From: Macrostomum lignano
Lineage: Eukaryota
Length of the DNA: 64,000 nucleotides
Direction of reading: 5' to 3'
Assembly (NCBI GenBank): GCA_002269645.1
Contig: NIVC01002068.1
Location: 124,001 to 188,000 of the forward strand
Shown: positions 1 to 11,523 of the stretch, piece by piece
Numbering within the stretch: the stretch's first letter is position 1
Layout of the letters: the number at the start of each line of letters is the position of its first letter
Translations under genes and position numbers: made by a program
The notes under the pieces: generated by a model
Seen by the model: only the letters and a program-made list of their open reading frames with translations
The model's database searches: none
Told to the model about the DNA's origin: nothing

Positions 1-883
1 GATTCTACTAACAAACGCTTCGACTTCACGTTGGGGATTGGCGTCGGAATTTTTGCACCGCACGACAACAGCATCCAGTTGCGACCAGCGCTTGAGTGTC
101 GGTTGAAATCCCAACAAGTCTCGAACCGAAATCGGTGTATGCAGTTTGAATGCACGAATCAGAAAGTTAGGTGAGACAAAAATTCGAACAGACAGGTCTC
201 CATCTTTATCTAACGTAAACAAGTAAACATCTTCGTTCAGAATAGCTGTATTCAGTGCATGTCGAGATACGACATCCGAATTTTTTCACCTCAGCTCGAA
301 AACTTTCCCATGCCGGCAAAAAATCAAGCAGCTGAAAAGCGTCCATCTCATCGATGTCGCTGCACCTCGCGTCAGAAAGAACACCGCGCTTTTCGGCCTG
401 TCGGTCCTGGTCTAAAATAAGAGTAAAAATAAAAGTAAGATAATTGTGAGCGGCAAAATCGATATAGACGCTAAGTGTTGAGCAATCTTTAAGTTACGTA
501 CCTTGGTTCTGAACAAAACACGAGCTAGGAACTCCATTAAAAACAGAAGGAGGATTAATTGGCCTTTTGGTAGAGTTTTTCTTGAACATTGGAGCATCGC
601 TTGGCCAATGCTTTACGCACACGCCCATATTGTCAGTCACTCTCTAAAATAATAAATTTTGGGTTTCAAGTTGTTTGGACGAGACTGGCATGCAGAATTG
701 AAGCGGAATTATGCAGCAGTAATGACAGCAAATGATCTGGTTTCTTACCTGGAGAATATTTGGCAGCGCCTTTCTCCATCGCTCTCGCTCCTGTGGATCT
801 CTGGGAAACGCAAATGTCCGTGTTCGAACGGCTTCAGAGTTGTAATTTGACGAGCACGGAAATACGCTGCACTTTCTTGGCAT
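1..883 (-). mobile_element. THAP-domain (THAP9/P-element-like) transposase, 5' part; exons 883-749, 643-502 and 411 to <1; runs off the window
   Basis: GT-AG splicing joins MPRKCSVFPCSSNY...FAFPRDPQERERWRKAL to RVTDNMGVCVKHW...RPINPPSVF, giving a complete C2CH THAP motif. Exon 3 continues (...VRDLLGFQPTLKRWSQLDAVVVR) after a one-base frameshift in an A6 run at ~281-286. A possible CATGG terminus lies at 1210. Confidence 0.75.
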
Positions 884-1446
884 TTCATCAAGTGAATAAA
901 AAATGCTTCTCTTGATATAGTTCAGCTTAGCTTCACTGCTGGCCGCAGCTAAAGCAATTTTAATTTGCCTGATAGCAGAGAAGACTTGAAAAAGCCATAG
1001 AACAATACTTTTAAGCGAGCCCCTCAGATTTTTTGCCATGAATTGGCTCGTTTCGCGTCCCGAGGGTTTTAGTTGTCCCTGGTTGTATTGAATAAAAAAT
1101 ATCCTCACAAACGCATTGATACAGGAATATACAGATTGCTTTTCTGCAAATGGGTATATCCAAATATAACCCGTTGGGAATATCCAAAGATGGGGGGCGG
1201 CTTGACCATGGACTATTCGCAGATAAGCAATCCCTGTTTCGATGCCTGAAAGGCGCGCAAAAATTTACTTAGTTCACAATTTCCGTCGACGCAATCGTTT
1301 GTGGCCCAAACGAAACTAGACACAATACTGAGGATTCTGAAAATCCCACTGGGATGAAATATTAAAATAAAATCAGTAATTTCCCTCAGCGAAGAATCCC
1401 AACTTCAATTAAGCCTTCCGGAATACATCTAGGGCAATAACGCTTA

Positions 1447-4400
1447 TTAACTACCACGTATTAAGATGTAATCAACAACCCCTTGAATCTCACTCAGCAT
1501 GTCCAGGTATTCCGGTCTTGGACCAGGTGCTTTCGCCGGCGAACCTACACTCGAGTCTACATTCGCCGTTGCATCGATCGCCTTCATCGAGTGCATCTGG
1601 GCAGCTCCATCAGCAGCAACTAGCGGTTGCGGGTCGTGAAGCTCAAACAGCATGATTGGTGCGTTATGCGTCAGCACCAGCAGGTCCCGACCATCTTCCC
1701 CAACCAAGCAGAGTCCGAAAGGATCCGACTCAAACAGGTAGTTTGCAACGCGGCGTCCATCACTGATTACATAGACCTGGAGTGCAGAAATTAAACGCAG
1801 TCATTGAGAAAAGGCATCTTTAGATCGGATTCTTATAAGCGTAAGCATTAAAAGATTTGCCATTCCCTATAACAATCGTTGCTAATCTTACCTGCAAGCC
1901 TCGAGGTGGAACAATTGCGAACAGGTCCGAACTGTTCATGGATTCGTCATCGAATACGGCGAACTCCACCTCGTAGGCGGGAAAGTACACCTGGCCAACA
2001 AGCAGGCTGCAGTCTGGCGTGACCTGCAATCTAACAAAGTACAAGTCCTCGTCCTGGCTGAGACAGCGGATCACTTCGCCTTTCATGTAGTCCACAATCT
2101 GAAGCTTGTAGTTGACCAGGTGCTGGTTGTCGTGGAGGAAGGCCACTGCGGGTCCCATGTCGAACACTTTGCCGATGGAGTGCTGGAACTGGATCTCGCT
2201 GGTCGGAGTTCCTTTCTCCACGTCGCTGTAGTCGAGGCGCACAACCGCGCCGAGCCAAATCGGAGGAACTCCGACGCCGACGCGAATCTCCTCGGACGCT
2301 TTGAGGTGTTGGCTGAAGGCCAGGTTGAGCGTGCACTTCTCTGGCAGGAACTGAATGTCGACAAGGTCATTGCGATTATTCAATCGCTTTTTTAGAAACT
2401 TTTCTTCCTTCGCTTTCTTAGCCGCTTCCGTCAGCTCTTGTTCACCGCCATAGATGACCTCTGAAAACCGCTCGATAAAATCTTGTGAGAGTCGGTCTGA
2501 GCTATCATCGCCGCTGTCTAGATGATTATTTTTCGTAAACTTGAATACCACGCTCTCCATTGTGGGGAGATGGACAAGTGAGACAAAACTCTCTTTGAAG
2601 CTGTACTGAACGTGGCACTTAAGTGAAATTAAGCACTGTCGAGATTCATCAAGAAATCCTAATTCTAGAGAATTTGATCCATGCGAAATCGGAGTCTGGG
2701 CGAAGATGTTGTTTTTTGAGATACACAGTGAAGCCTGTAGTTCCATTTCTTTGTCACTTGATTCGTTTTCTGCGTCGACGTGAAATTTGAACTCGACCCC
2801 TCCAACTGATTTGGACTTACGACTTTGAAGGAGTTCCTCCTTTGATGTGCTACCAAAAACTTTTTCTACCAGCTGGTTGCTGATCACTGAGATGCCAACA
2901 GAAAAAGGAGCTTTCGGATCGCGGCGAAGCTCAATAATGGGAGGTTTATCCGACAGCCTGAGCGTCTCTACCTGATCGTCTTCTTTCGAGTCACGTGAAG
3001 AGGACTTCTTAACCACCAGTGTCCGAGTGTTCAATGAAATCAGAGCCTCATTAGTGCGAATGTCCACCGTGTGACAATCGGTGAGTCCTGTCGCATTCTT
3101 ACACGGCTTGACCTGAGTATACATGGGAAGCAGTGCATCCTCTTCGCTGTGGTGACTAAGCTTGTCGGTGAAGTGTTTCAAATTGTACACCTTAGTCATG
3201 ATGAACATTCGCTCGTCAGAGTCGCCAGCCGACTCGTCAGGAAAATGACAGATAGTGAAGAAGTCCGTGCCTTTCGGCTGGCCACAAAGAAAGCTTTCGG
3301 CCGTTCCTAGGGAGATTCCTTCCAAAAGTTCGCCAGTTTGCACGGACCACACAAGTAGAAGCACCTTAGAACCAGACGTAACTAGCAGTCGCTCGTCTTC
3401 GGTAAATTTAGCCTGCGTACCGTCACCAAAACTTGATGCAGCCTTTTTGAACTTGTCTTGCTCAGGTGATATTGTCATCCCAACAGCGCGCTTTTCGTCA
3501 CAGTCGTACAGCAGACCACGAAGAACGCTTGTTTGACCGTATAATCTGGACTTTCTCTTCAGAAGGAAAGTCATTCGACGACGACTTGGGCTTACGAAAT
3601 TTTTACTGTACTTTATATCGAAGCTTTCCTGAAGGTCCACAATACAAATGGGCTTGAGGCTTTGAGAGATGGAGAATGTAACGAAGAAAGTATTGAGTTG
3701 TTCTGCCCTCCCTTCTACAGCTGATTTTGTTGCGTTTACAATAGCAACGATGTTTCCCTCATGATCAATGAGACAGGAGCTAGCAGAAACTTCTTCAGCT
3801 TGCTGAAGTAGCTCGATGGCCTTCGATTTCAAGTCGGCTTCACTCGCTGCCGGACTTTCGTCCGCTTCTGTCTTCTCACAATTTTCATCCGGTGTCTTTT
3901 CTACTTTCTTATTGTCAGGTTGCTTTAGTGGTGAGTACCGCCACATGGACTCAAGTTCCGCTTTGTCAGCTGACTTGAAGATGTCAGGCAAAGAACCTCG
4001 AACGATCTCGTTCGTGTTTAAGTTCATGAACACGAGCAATCTTGAGTGGTTGCTGCCTGCCTCGATCCCAAAGCACAGCAAGTTGTTTTTGCTATCGAGG
4101 TTTTGGGTGCCGATTCTCGACGTTCCGCTTGTATTTTCTTCATAAAGCGCAACAAACTTCTTCTCTCCGAGTGACAGCAGTCTAAGAGTGCTTGTTCCCG
4201 TTGAGTCACTATTTCCCTTGCAACAAAGCACATAGTCCTTTGTCACATATTCTACGTCATCAGATGACACACTCCATGATGGGTCCAGAGTCATCAGTTT
4301 CGTCACCCTGCCGTTCATGAAGTCGACTCGAACGAGATCTTGCGACTTCTGCGCCTCTTCATCTCCAGACATCATCTTCTTCATCATCCCGTCTACGTCC

Positions 4401-7400
4401 AGCTTCTCCATGATGCTGTCTGGAATCTCTCCAGCGTTGAGAGATTCCATCATGTCTCGCAGCTCTTGCGGCACATCCTTGTTGCACGCTTCGTATTCTT
4501 CGATCTCCTCTTGGATCTTCTTCCGACCCATGTTAAGGACAAGCGCTTGTCTGTCGTCCTCGGTGACACCGGCATTCTTCGAGCGCATCGATAGCACGTG
4601 CATTACGCAGTCGTCTGGGATGTATCCAGTCGACATGTACTTCATGCTGAGGAACAGGTTGTAGTCGGAGCTGAACCGTTTGATCTCATTTCCCTCGATG
4701 TCGTACCAGGTGACTTCGTTGTTGATGAGTGAGAAGGACACCAGCTGACCGTTGGGCATGACCAGTCCCATTCCGAGTCCGAGATCAAAGCTGGAGTAGA
4801 GAACTCCAGACCCGGAGTCGAAGCACTGCACCTTCGGGATGAGGCAGCAGTTGCTGAGAGCCTGTTTCGACTGGCGACACTGGTTGAGCAGCAGCTTCAC
4901 TCGAGGACAGTCCTTCTCGTACATGATGAGCCGACCGATGAGATCAACGCTCAGATTGACAGGGTCGTATACGAGACTCTGAGCGGAGAGTCGGATTGCA
5001 TTGTACACGAGCTCGGCCTCTTTGATGTACTCGACACCGAGCTTCTGCGGGAGGTCGAGGTCTCTTAGCAGCAGGTACCGAGACGTTCCCTTCAGCTTGT
5101 TGAACATGAAGTCGTAGTCAAACACAATGTAGTCGTAGAACTCGTTCACTCGACCGGACTTGATGAGGTGCCACGGCAGCTCGTTCAGCTTTCGCAGGTT
5201 GTACTGAGCAGTGCCGTCCTCATCTTTGCGGAGCACGAATGGCTGCTCGGGAACGGCTCGGTCCTCCATTGAGAACTCGGGCAGGTTCTGGAGTGAGAAC
5301 GAATGCATGAACGGCTCAGTAAGTCGGTTCAGAGAACAGATCAATTTCAGTGCTCATCACTTACGAGCTTCTTGCGCAGATAGGCTGGGTACACGAACTT
5401 CTTTCTCCTGCCGCTCCACAGACCCAAGAAGTAGTCTGCCATGATAGAGTGAATGTCCCGTCTGGTCTTTTCGTCCGACAAGAAGTACTCCTGAGCCACC
5501 TCGATGAACTGTCGGTGGTACCAGAACACTACCCGGATGTTGTCCGCCTCTCTCTCGACCAGGTAAGAGCCAATGTCGTGACGCAGTCGAGCCCAGCAGA
5601 TCGGCGGGATGCGGATGAAGGGCGGCAGGTGATGCTGAAACACGTCAATGAGGACGGCGTCATCCAGACTGAGCAGATCCTCCAGCTCCGACTCTGACAG
5701 TCCGTTTCTCGATGCAGTGATGAATGCCAGGGCGTGAGAGGTCTGGAAAAACAAATGAGCAGAGAGAGTCATTCTGACTAGAATAATCCAATCACTGTAG
5801 ATAAGTGGATAGTTGTGGAATATTCTCACTAGCCTGGGCTACAGTAACTAACACGAACGAAGTACTTACAAAAAGCCTGCCGTGCTTCAACTCGAGTTTC
5901 TCGAACAGCTGAAATATTGCCTGACGAACGGTGTAGCGCAGAGACGACTCATCTACCTGTTGGTAAGAGCGCCATCTCAGAACCTCGTGGTACAGCAGGT
6001 GAACATAGATTGGCAGTGAGCACTTGGAGAATGCCTGCTCAACCAGAGCCCATTGCTGCTCGTTCAGAGTGCGACCTTGTTCGCTGAGCAGAGCCGACAA
6101 AATGCTGGTGCACAGACTGGTCTCCAGTGGCGTCACCTCCACGTAGATGTCTGGGTTCGGCAGCTTCCCTTTGAATGTCTTCAGCAAGTCGAACATGTTG
6201 GGCAGAGTGGACACAACCATCTTCACGTTGGCAGGCAATGGCGTCCGCACCCACGTCAGATGGTAGGCACCGTCAGAGCTGTCCAGCTGATCAACACTGT
6301 CAAGGAACACCAAGATTCTCCTGAACTGGCCCATGCGTTCGAGCATGGAGTAGAAGGTGTTCAAGATCTCCTTGAAGTCGTCGAGTGACTCGCACTTTTC
6401 CTGGTCGTCCTCGTTGCCGAACACAGCGAGCTGACGGCACAGGTACTTGAGTGTCTGTCGAATGCTCGACGTACCGGGACTGGTGCCGAGGAATCGCAAC
6501 AGCACGATGGCATCTTTGGAATCGGACTCTGGCAACCAGCTTCGCACCAGACTGGCGGCCTTGCCAAGAAGAGAGGTCTTGCCGCTGCCCGAGTCGCCGT
6601 ACACCACCAGAGGCTCCGTTGTGTTGCTCGCTTGCACATAAGCTTTCACCTTGTCGATGATCTCTTGCCGACCCTGGAACTTCTTCACGTAGTTGACGCA
6701 TGCAGTCGAGTGCTGCAGCACCTCTAAGTAGAGGTCATCGGATCGGAGTCGCATGCTCTCCCGCACGGATTCGGCCACGAGGCGCTTCACATTATCGCAG
6801 TAGTCGCGGCCAAACTTTTCCAGATAGTCTTTGTGGCTTCTCATGCCCACACCCTCAGCGTCATTGGTCCATTTTAGTGAGTAAGTGAAGGAATTGGATC
6901 CCGCCATTCGAGTCAGAACGTGTCTGTTCAACTCCTTGACCATCGCGTTCACAGCTTCATCAAGAACCTTTACTGCCTCGCCATCTTCGTTCACAGAGTC
7001 GGTCAGGTCAATGAACTTGAACATCTTTCCTCGAGAGAAGTCGCGCTGAGACTCCAGATCAGAGAACTCTCTCACGAATGCGAGAGCCCGAGCCAACTTT
7101 TGCGGAGGTTTTGACAATATTCCGCTGATCACCTCCATCTCGGTGACAGAGGCCGTGAACTTCTTCATTGTCGCGTGCGAGATCAAAGTCTTTTGAAGAC
7201 ACAACTCGGCACCTCTCTTCATGAGTCCGATGATGGAGTCTTGGACAGCTTCCCACCGCTGTCGAGCAGCTTTCAAGAGCTCCTTGTCCGCCTGGAACAA
7301 TGAATTACGAGATTAGAGGTTATTAAATTTATCCTGTTGCAAACTCTGAAAAACAAGCGCTGCAATAATCGCAAAAAAGCACACTTACCGCCTCTGCTAG

Positions 7401-7862
7401 AGTTGCAATCGGTCTCAGGACACAGATTGGTGGCTTGTTGTTCTCGTCGATCGTGTACCACTCGTGTAGACACGAGACGTCGCGTCCGTCCTCCTTCAAC
7501 GCTTCCACGATGTTGTTGAACACGTCGACCTCGACAAGGGCTGCAGGCGGCTGGTTGCCATAGCGCTGACCCAGCAGACAGATGAAGTAGGGGCCGGCAG
7601 ACATGATGAGCGAGTTGTCGATCTCTTGGTAGCACATGTACGGACCCTGGTGGTCGAGCTGTACCTCGTCACCGACTCCCCATCGCATGTCGATGGTTTG
7701 AAACTCGAGTCCGAAGGAGTCACGGCAGAACTTTTTCAGCCTTGGATTGACGTGCTGCATGAGGTAGTTGCGCTCCGTTCCCATGTCCGAGAAGGTGGAC
7801 GACAGGAAGATGCGCACGACGCGGCTGTTCATGATCGGCAGGTCGTCCAGACGGCCTTTCAT
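1447..7862 (-). CDS. NWD-type STAND protein, copy 1 (DUF4062-like N-terminus, NACHT/AAA ATPase, WD40-like propeller); exons 7862-7389, 7291-5870, 5742-5365, 5287-1892, 1776-1494 (or read-through to the stop at 1447)
   Basis: Motifs [11 protein letters not shown] and DMRWGV (DUF4062), Walker A GDSGSGKT, Walker [28 protein letters not shown] and [13 protein letters not shown] are typical of NWD1/NWD2-like proteins. All junctions are canonical phase-0 GT-AG and keep the frame. Confidence 0.88.
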
Positions 7863-9631
7863 GACTTTTAGGTAGACTGCTAATGGGTCAAACTCGGTGA
7901 GCGCTCCTATAAACTCCGAGTATCAGCCGTTTTAGCAGAGCTGGCCGCTTGGCTGACCGCACTGGCCGCGAGTGGCGGCTGTGAGCTGAGCCGATCCGTT
8001 TGGCCCCTCCCACATCGGAGGGCTCTCGTGAATTCAGGAACAGGTTTAGTAGCTGTTATTGATTTTCTAGTATTTTCTTGTTTTCATTGTGAAAAGCACC
8101 TGCTTAGTTTTGACCATTTTAGTAAATGGGATGTTGGATACTAGGCGATAAAAGAGAGGAATCTCAAAGAAATGGTAAAATGGTCCTCAAATCTGTGTTT
8201 TCCATCAAGGTTCATTTCATATGGTTCTTATTTTAAAAGTCTTAAAAATGTATTTTCTATTAGATTCATGAGTTGATTGGACAGTTCCAATTTTTGTTAC
8301 TTATAATGGCTGCTAAATTCGATTCATTAAATACCTACCAAAATCCTGTATGAAAATTTTAGTTAACTAGATTAATTATCTAGATTAAATAAATTTATTG
8401 TGGATTAGCTAGATTTATTTATCTTTCTCGTAGCTCAAAGGAAGTCATTTAAAAATTCATGTCTTATATTTTACTATTAGCTCATAGTAAAATTGAAAAT
8501 TTTGCTAATAATATAATTTTTGTATTATCTACTTATTATATTACAATTTGATTTTACAAAGCACATATCTATGCAAGTTAAAAGACAATTTTGATTTTTT
8601 TATTTGCTTTAAATTGCTAATCATAAAATATTGGTTTTGGAGTCCTTTGTTGTAGACACAATATAATTTTAGTGAATTTTTTTGGTACAACAAATATTTA
8701 GATTCGTGCTTCGTATATTCGACTAAGGCAATAACATTTCTGAGCAAAATTTTTGATTTGTAACTTTAAAGTCAAAATTAATTCTGGTTCTTAGAATGAT
8801 GACAATAATATAATATGTGTATAATAATATGTGTATAGATAAACTGTTTTAGTAAAAATATAAGGAAAACCGACTAAGATCAATTGAAGACAAACTTTTA
8901 ATGTATTTACATCGAGGGTATTTGAAAAATAAGGAATTAGGAAAAAATACAAGCTACAAATTTGAGAGACTTTGTTGGTCAACCCTAACGACTTTACTTT
9001 GATTTCAAAATAGTAAATCTTCATGGTTACTTGTTGTCATGAGTTTTAAAAGTCTGAGAGATGGTTTGAGGAACAGTAAAATATTTTCCTTTGTCTCGTT
9101 TTGCCGTTGAACTTTATCGATATTGTGATTTTGTTAATAAAAACTCGTACTTTTGTTTTAACTAGTACTAATATGCTCATCAAAAAATCCTGTTCCCACT
9201 AGATAATAAAAATGCATATTTGACAACATAATGACGACATATTCATCCATACGTGACGACAAATTCATCCATACGTGACGACATAAGGCGGGAAGACGGT
9301 TTTGTGTAGCGGTTAATTGGATAGTTCTCGATTTAGTTTTAGCATATCGGCAAGCCGCTTTCACCCTTAGAGTTACTTTGAATTGTTAGGCCTTGCAAAT
9401 TGCAAATTGCAATTGCAAAGATCGGAATCAGTTTATGAATTAATTGGTGGGCCGAGGTAGGCGGCGGAAGAGTTGATGGCAAGGAGGCCAGACAGCTAAG
9501 GGGCCCGCAAGCTTGAGCGAGAAGCGAAGCGAAGAAGCGAAGGGAGAGAGCGGCCGCTGACTGCAAGTGTATGTTTGTAATTGGTGAGTAAACAAAGATA
9601 ACAAGCTTAATCCAAACTTGTTTATTTTATA

Positions 9632-9680
9632 CCCCCTCAGACAAACCCCCTCAGACAAACCCCCTCAGACAAACCCCCTC
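9632..9680 (+). repeat. 14-bp minisatellite (CCCCCTCAGACAAA)n, the Polinton target site; continues at 24625-24647
   Basis: 3.5 units left of the element and the remainder on the right, read directly. Confidence 0.9.
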
Positions 9681-10393
9681 AGTAGAAGGCATGAGGGGGC
9701 TTTTGGGACAAAATTTTTCACGTCCTCCATAATCCACCTAAATCCATCCATATTATCCCCGACAGAATCAGAAAAAAGGGGGGTCGCACTCGTTCACAAA
9801 ACGTCCTCCATAATCCACCTAAATCCATCCATATTATCCCCGACAGAATCAGAAAAAAAGGGGGGTCGCACTCGCTCACAAAACGTCCTCCATAATCCCA
9901 TTAAATCCATTCATATTATCCCTGACAGAGTCAGAGCAGGTGTCCACTGATACCTGTTATGTTCACTGACACTGACATCCACCCATAGCATCTTCGAAAC
10001 AATCAGAAAATAATCTGCATTCTTCTCCCCATGGGGCCCACATTCAATTCGCAACGTGCTACCAGATCCCAAATACTTTAAATCATCAGCGCAGGGTCCT
10101 TACCCTTTGAAAAAAAATTAATTTCTCAATAAAAATGTTTCCAGTTGTCTCTCCAGGTTCCTATTATACTCAGCCTCATCCATTGTACAAATCCAAGTAC
10201 CAATGCAAACTAGAATGCAGCGAATACATGAGAAAATATTGGCCCGACGTTGATATCAATGTCCCTAATATTAATCAAGCACTTAAATCTCACTGGTTTG
10301 AAAAACACGGAGTAGTCATTAACAATTTTGACAGCTATTATAACTTTGCTGAAGTTATAAGGCAGTTGTAGTAGCCAACTACACGGTTGTACC
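9681..10393 (+). repeat. Left TIR (~713 bp) with three ~81-82-bp subterminal tandem repeats (9721-9940)
   Basis: Near-perfect reverse complement of 23911-24624. Confidence 0.95.
10135..10371 (+). CDS. 78-aa unknown ORF within the left TIR (identical copy in the right TIR)
   Basis: Starts in the element-wide AAAAATG context and ends 22 bp before the inner TIR boundary. No recognisable domain. Confidence 0.55.
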   Translation: MFPVVSPGSYYTQPHPLYKSKYQCKLECSEYMRKYWPDVDINVPNINQALKSHWFEKHGVVINNFDSYYNFAEVIRQL

Positions 10394-10707
10394 CTGTAGA
10401 GTGCAGACGCAAGATCTAAAAATACTGACAAAATCATGTGCAGCATATAGCGGCTCGTATTAGTTACATTTGTAAGCGATAGCTTACTGATAGTAAAGCT
10501 ATTTGAACATGGCGCGAATTCCTCACATGGTGGACTAGAAAATGTCGCCATGTGCAAGGCAAGGACTTGGTGCAAGGGCGTATAAATAGCAGTTCCACTC
10601 AGCTGGCTAGAGGTGGAGCCGACCTCGCGTGGCTATGACTGACTGACGAAGGCAAAAAGCCCAAAACCGGTCTCAGTCTGCCCCGCATGGTTCGATTCCC
10701 ACTGATA

Positions 10708-10930
10708 ACATGATTTTCACGAACGTTCGTAAAAATCATGTGCAGCATAAAGCGGCTCTCAGTGGTTACATGATTTTTACGAACTTTCGTAAAAATCATG
10801 TGCAGCATAAAGCGGCTCTCAGTGGTTACATGATTTTTACGAACTTTCGTAAAAATCATGTGCAGCATAAAGCGGCTCTCAGTGGTTACATGATTTTCAC
10901 GAACGTTCGTAAAAATCATGTGCAGCATAG
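10708..10930. repeat. Four 60-bp tandem units, each with a 34-bp palindrome (ACATGATTTT(C/T)ACGAAC(G/T)TTCGTAAAAATCATGT)
   Basis: Read directly; a partial solo unit lies at ~10431-10457. Confidence 0.92.
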
Positions 10931-10992
10931 AGAAAAAAAGCTTGCCCAGCTCAAGGATTCCTTAACTAGCTCAAAAGATCCCTCGCCTAACT

Positions 10993-11493
10993 TCACAAAC
11001 CCCCATTTAGTTCCTTGTTTAAACCCCCAGCCTTCTCAACCCCCAGCTCTTTCAGCAGAACTCCTACTTTTTTCCTTGGCGCGTGCAGTACAAAGCCCAC
11101 CCCGCCCTCTCTCCCCAAACACCCACCCTCGCCGTCGATCCCCAACCCCAGCTTTTTCTTACCAAAAATAACCGCCTTGACTAATTTCCGAGCAATCGAC
11201 TCGCGAAATCCGCTTGAAGCCCCTATATTGTCTAGTCTTCTAAGCATTTCTTTGTCCCAGCGATTCTTCTCCTCAGGAAAATCTCTATATTTAACGTCGT
11301 GCCACATGCAGACAGAGTCTAGCTCGTTCACAGGCTCATGCCCAGGATTTGGATTATCGTTTGTATCTAACTGTATTTCAAGTGGATTCAAAGGCCCGCA
11401 ATATTTGTACCCGGGAAGTGTCCAGCCTTTGTTTGGATGAGGAAGCTTTTCTATCAGTCCATGTGAATCTAACTTACCACCAGAGCGTTGCAT
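10993..11493 (-). CDS. Parvovirus VP1u-like phospholipase A2 (adintovirus PLA2X-type), 166 aa
   Basis: WTLPGYKYCGPLN Ca-binding loop and EPVNELDSVCMWHDVKY catalytic HD motif. Confidence 0.88.
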   Translation of the reverse strand: MQRSGGKLDSHGLIEKLPHPNKGWTLPGYKYCGPLNPLEIQLDTNDNPNPGHEPVNELDSVCMWHDVKYRDFPEEKNRWDKEMLRRLDNIGASSGFRESIARKLVKAVIFGKKKLGLGIDGEGGCLGREGGVGFVLHAPRKKVGVLLKELGVEKAGGLNKELNGGL

Positions 11494-11523
11494 TATTTTA
11501 TTTTAAATTTTCTTTTTAAAAAA

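Noticed and set aside
1820-1891. ORF-track C-terminus [23 protein letters not shown] of the 1174-aa ORF
   Set aside because: Intron read-through after a strong donor (CAG|GTAAG; GTGAG in copy 2); a downstream in-frame exon exists.
2031-7723. Numerous overlapping short ORFs within the NWD genes (and their copy-2 equivalents)
   Set aside because: Shadow ORFs caused by GC3-biased coding sequence.
10210-10928. Minus-strand ORFs 10210-10575 and 10599-10928, and plus-strand ORF 10710-11171
   Set aside because: They straddle the TIR boundary or the palindromic array and lack the element's AAAAATG start context.
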